A stretch of DNA of 15,147 nt from Candidatus Zixiibacteriota bacterium (GTDB taxonomy: Bacteria > Zixibacteria > MSB-5A5 > CAIYYT01): NCBI GenBank assembly GCA_040235515.1, contig JBECKX010000093.1:1-15147 (forward strand). Reading direction: 5' to 3'. The notes below the pieces were generated by a model. It did no database searches. It worked only from the letters and a program-made list of their open reading frames with translations, and had not been told where the DNA came from. Positions within the stretch are counted from its first letter, which is position 1. Each line of letters opens with the position of its first letter. Shown piece after piece: positions 15,070 through 15,147 of the stretch. The position numbers were made by a program, and so were the translations under genes.

Positions 15070-15147
15070 GTGTAGGCGATATTGCTCGATGGTGGGCCAC
15101 CCATTGGGTGGAGACGAAATCATGCCACGGGGAACCCACCTTGAAGG

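Larger units (their letters stand above)
14933..15094 (+). repeat. 23-bp direct repeat GTAGGCGATATTGCTCGATGGTG, two exact copies
   Basis: Copies at 14933-14955 and 15072-15094 (period 139 bp), with degenerate similarity continuing ~20 nt downstream of each. Confidence 0.9.

Noticed and set aside
14933..15094. CRISPR array
   Set aside because: Only two repeats, separated by 116 bp that is itself palindromic and repetitive, and no cas genes in the window.
14566..15123. Minus-strand ORFs 14566-15123 and 14625-14981
   Set aside because: They run through the repeats, the terminator and the antisense of the GNAT gene; their internal peptide repeat (TIEQYRL) just reflects the DNA repeat.

Overview
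Bacterial chromosomal window from a diderm organism. The gene content resembles FCB-superphylum lineages such as Zixibacteria, but this is an inference only. At the left end is a secreted M1-family Zn aminopeptidase on the minus strand; it is missing from the ORF track because it runs off the edge. After a ~730 bp divergent intergenic region with a candidate sigma28-type promoter comes a dense signalling cluster: GAF-PP2C phosphatase (RsbU-like), RsbW-like anti-sigma kinase, STAS anti-anti-sigma factor, two paralogous receiver-only regulators, CheY and a CheY-coupled unknown helical protein. A terminator separates this from a soluble FleS/FlrB-like PAS kinase and a FleR/FlrC-like sigma54 activator. 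The right half holds a FadL/PorV-superfamily outer-membrane barrel, a YfgM-like TM-TPR protein, a GH57 hydrolase, a DUF4870-like membrane protein, a GNAT acetyltransferase, a bidirectional terminator and a mosaic of REP-like palindromic and direct repeats. The main lead is a partner-switching module with no sigma gene of its own, embedded among motility-type regulators, which may control sigma28/flagellar expression. All family calls are from motif recognition by eye; no database searches were run.
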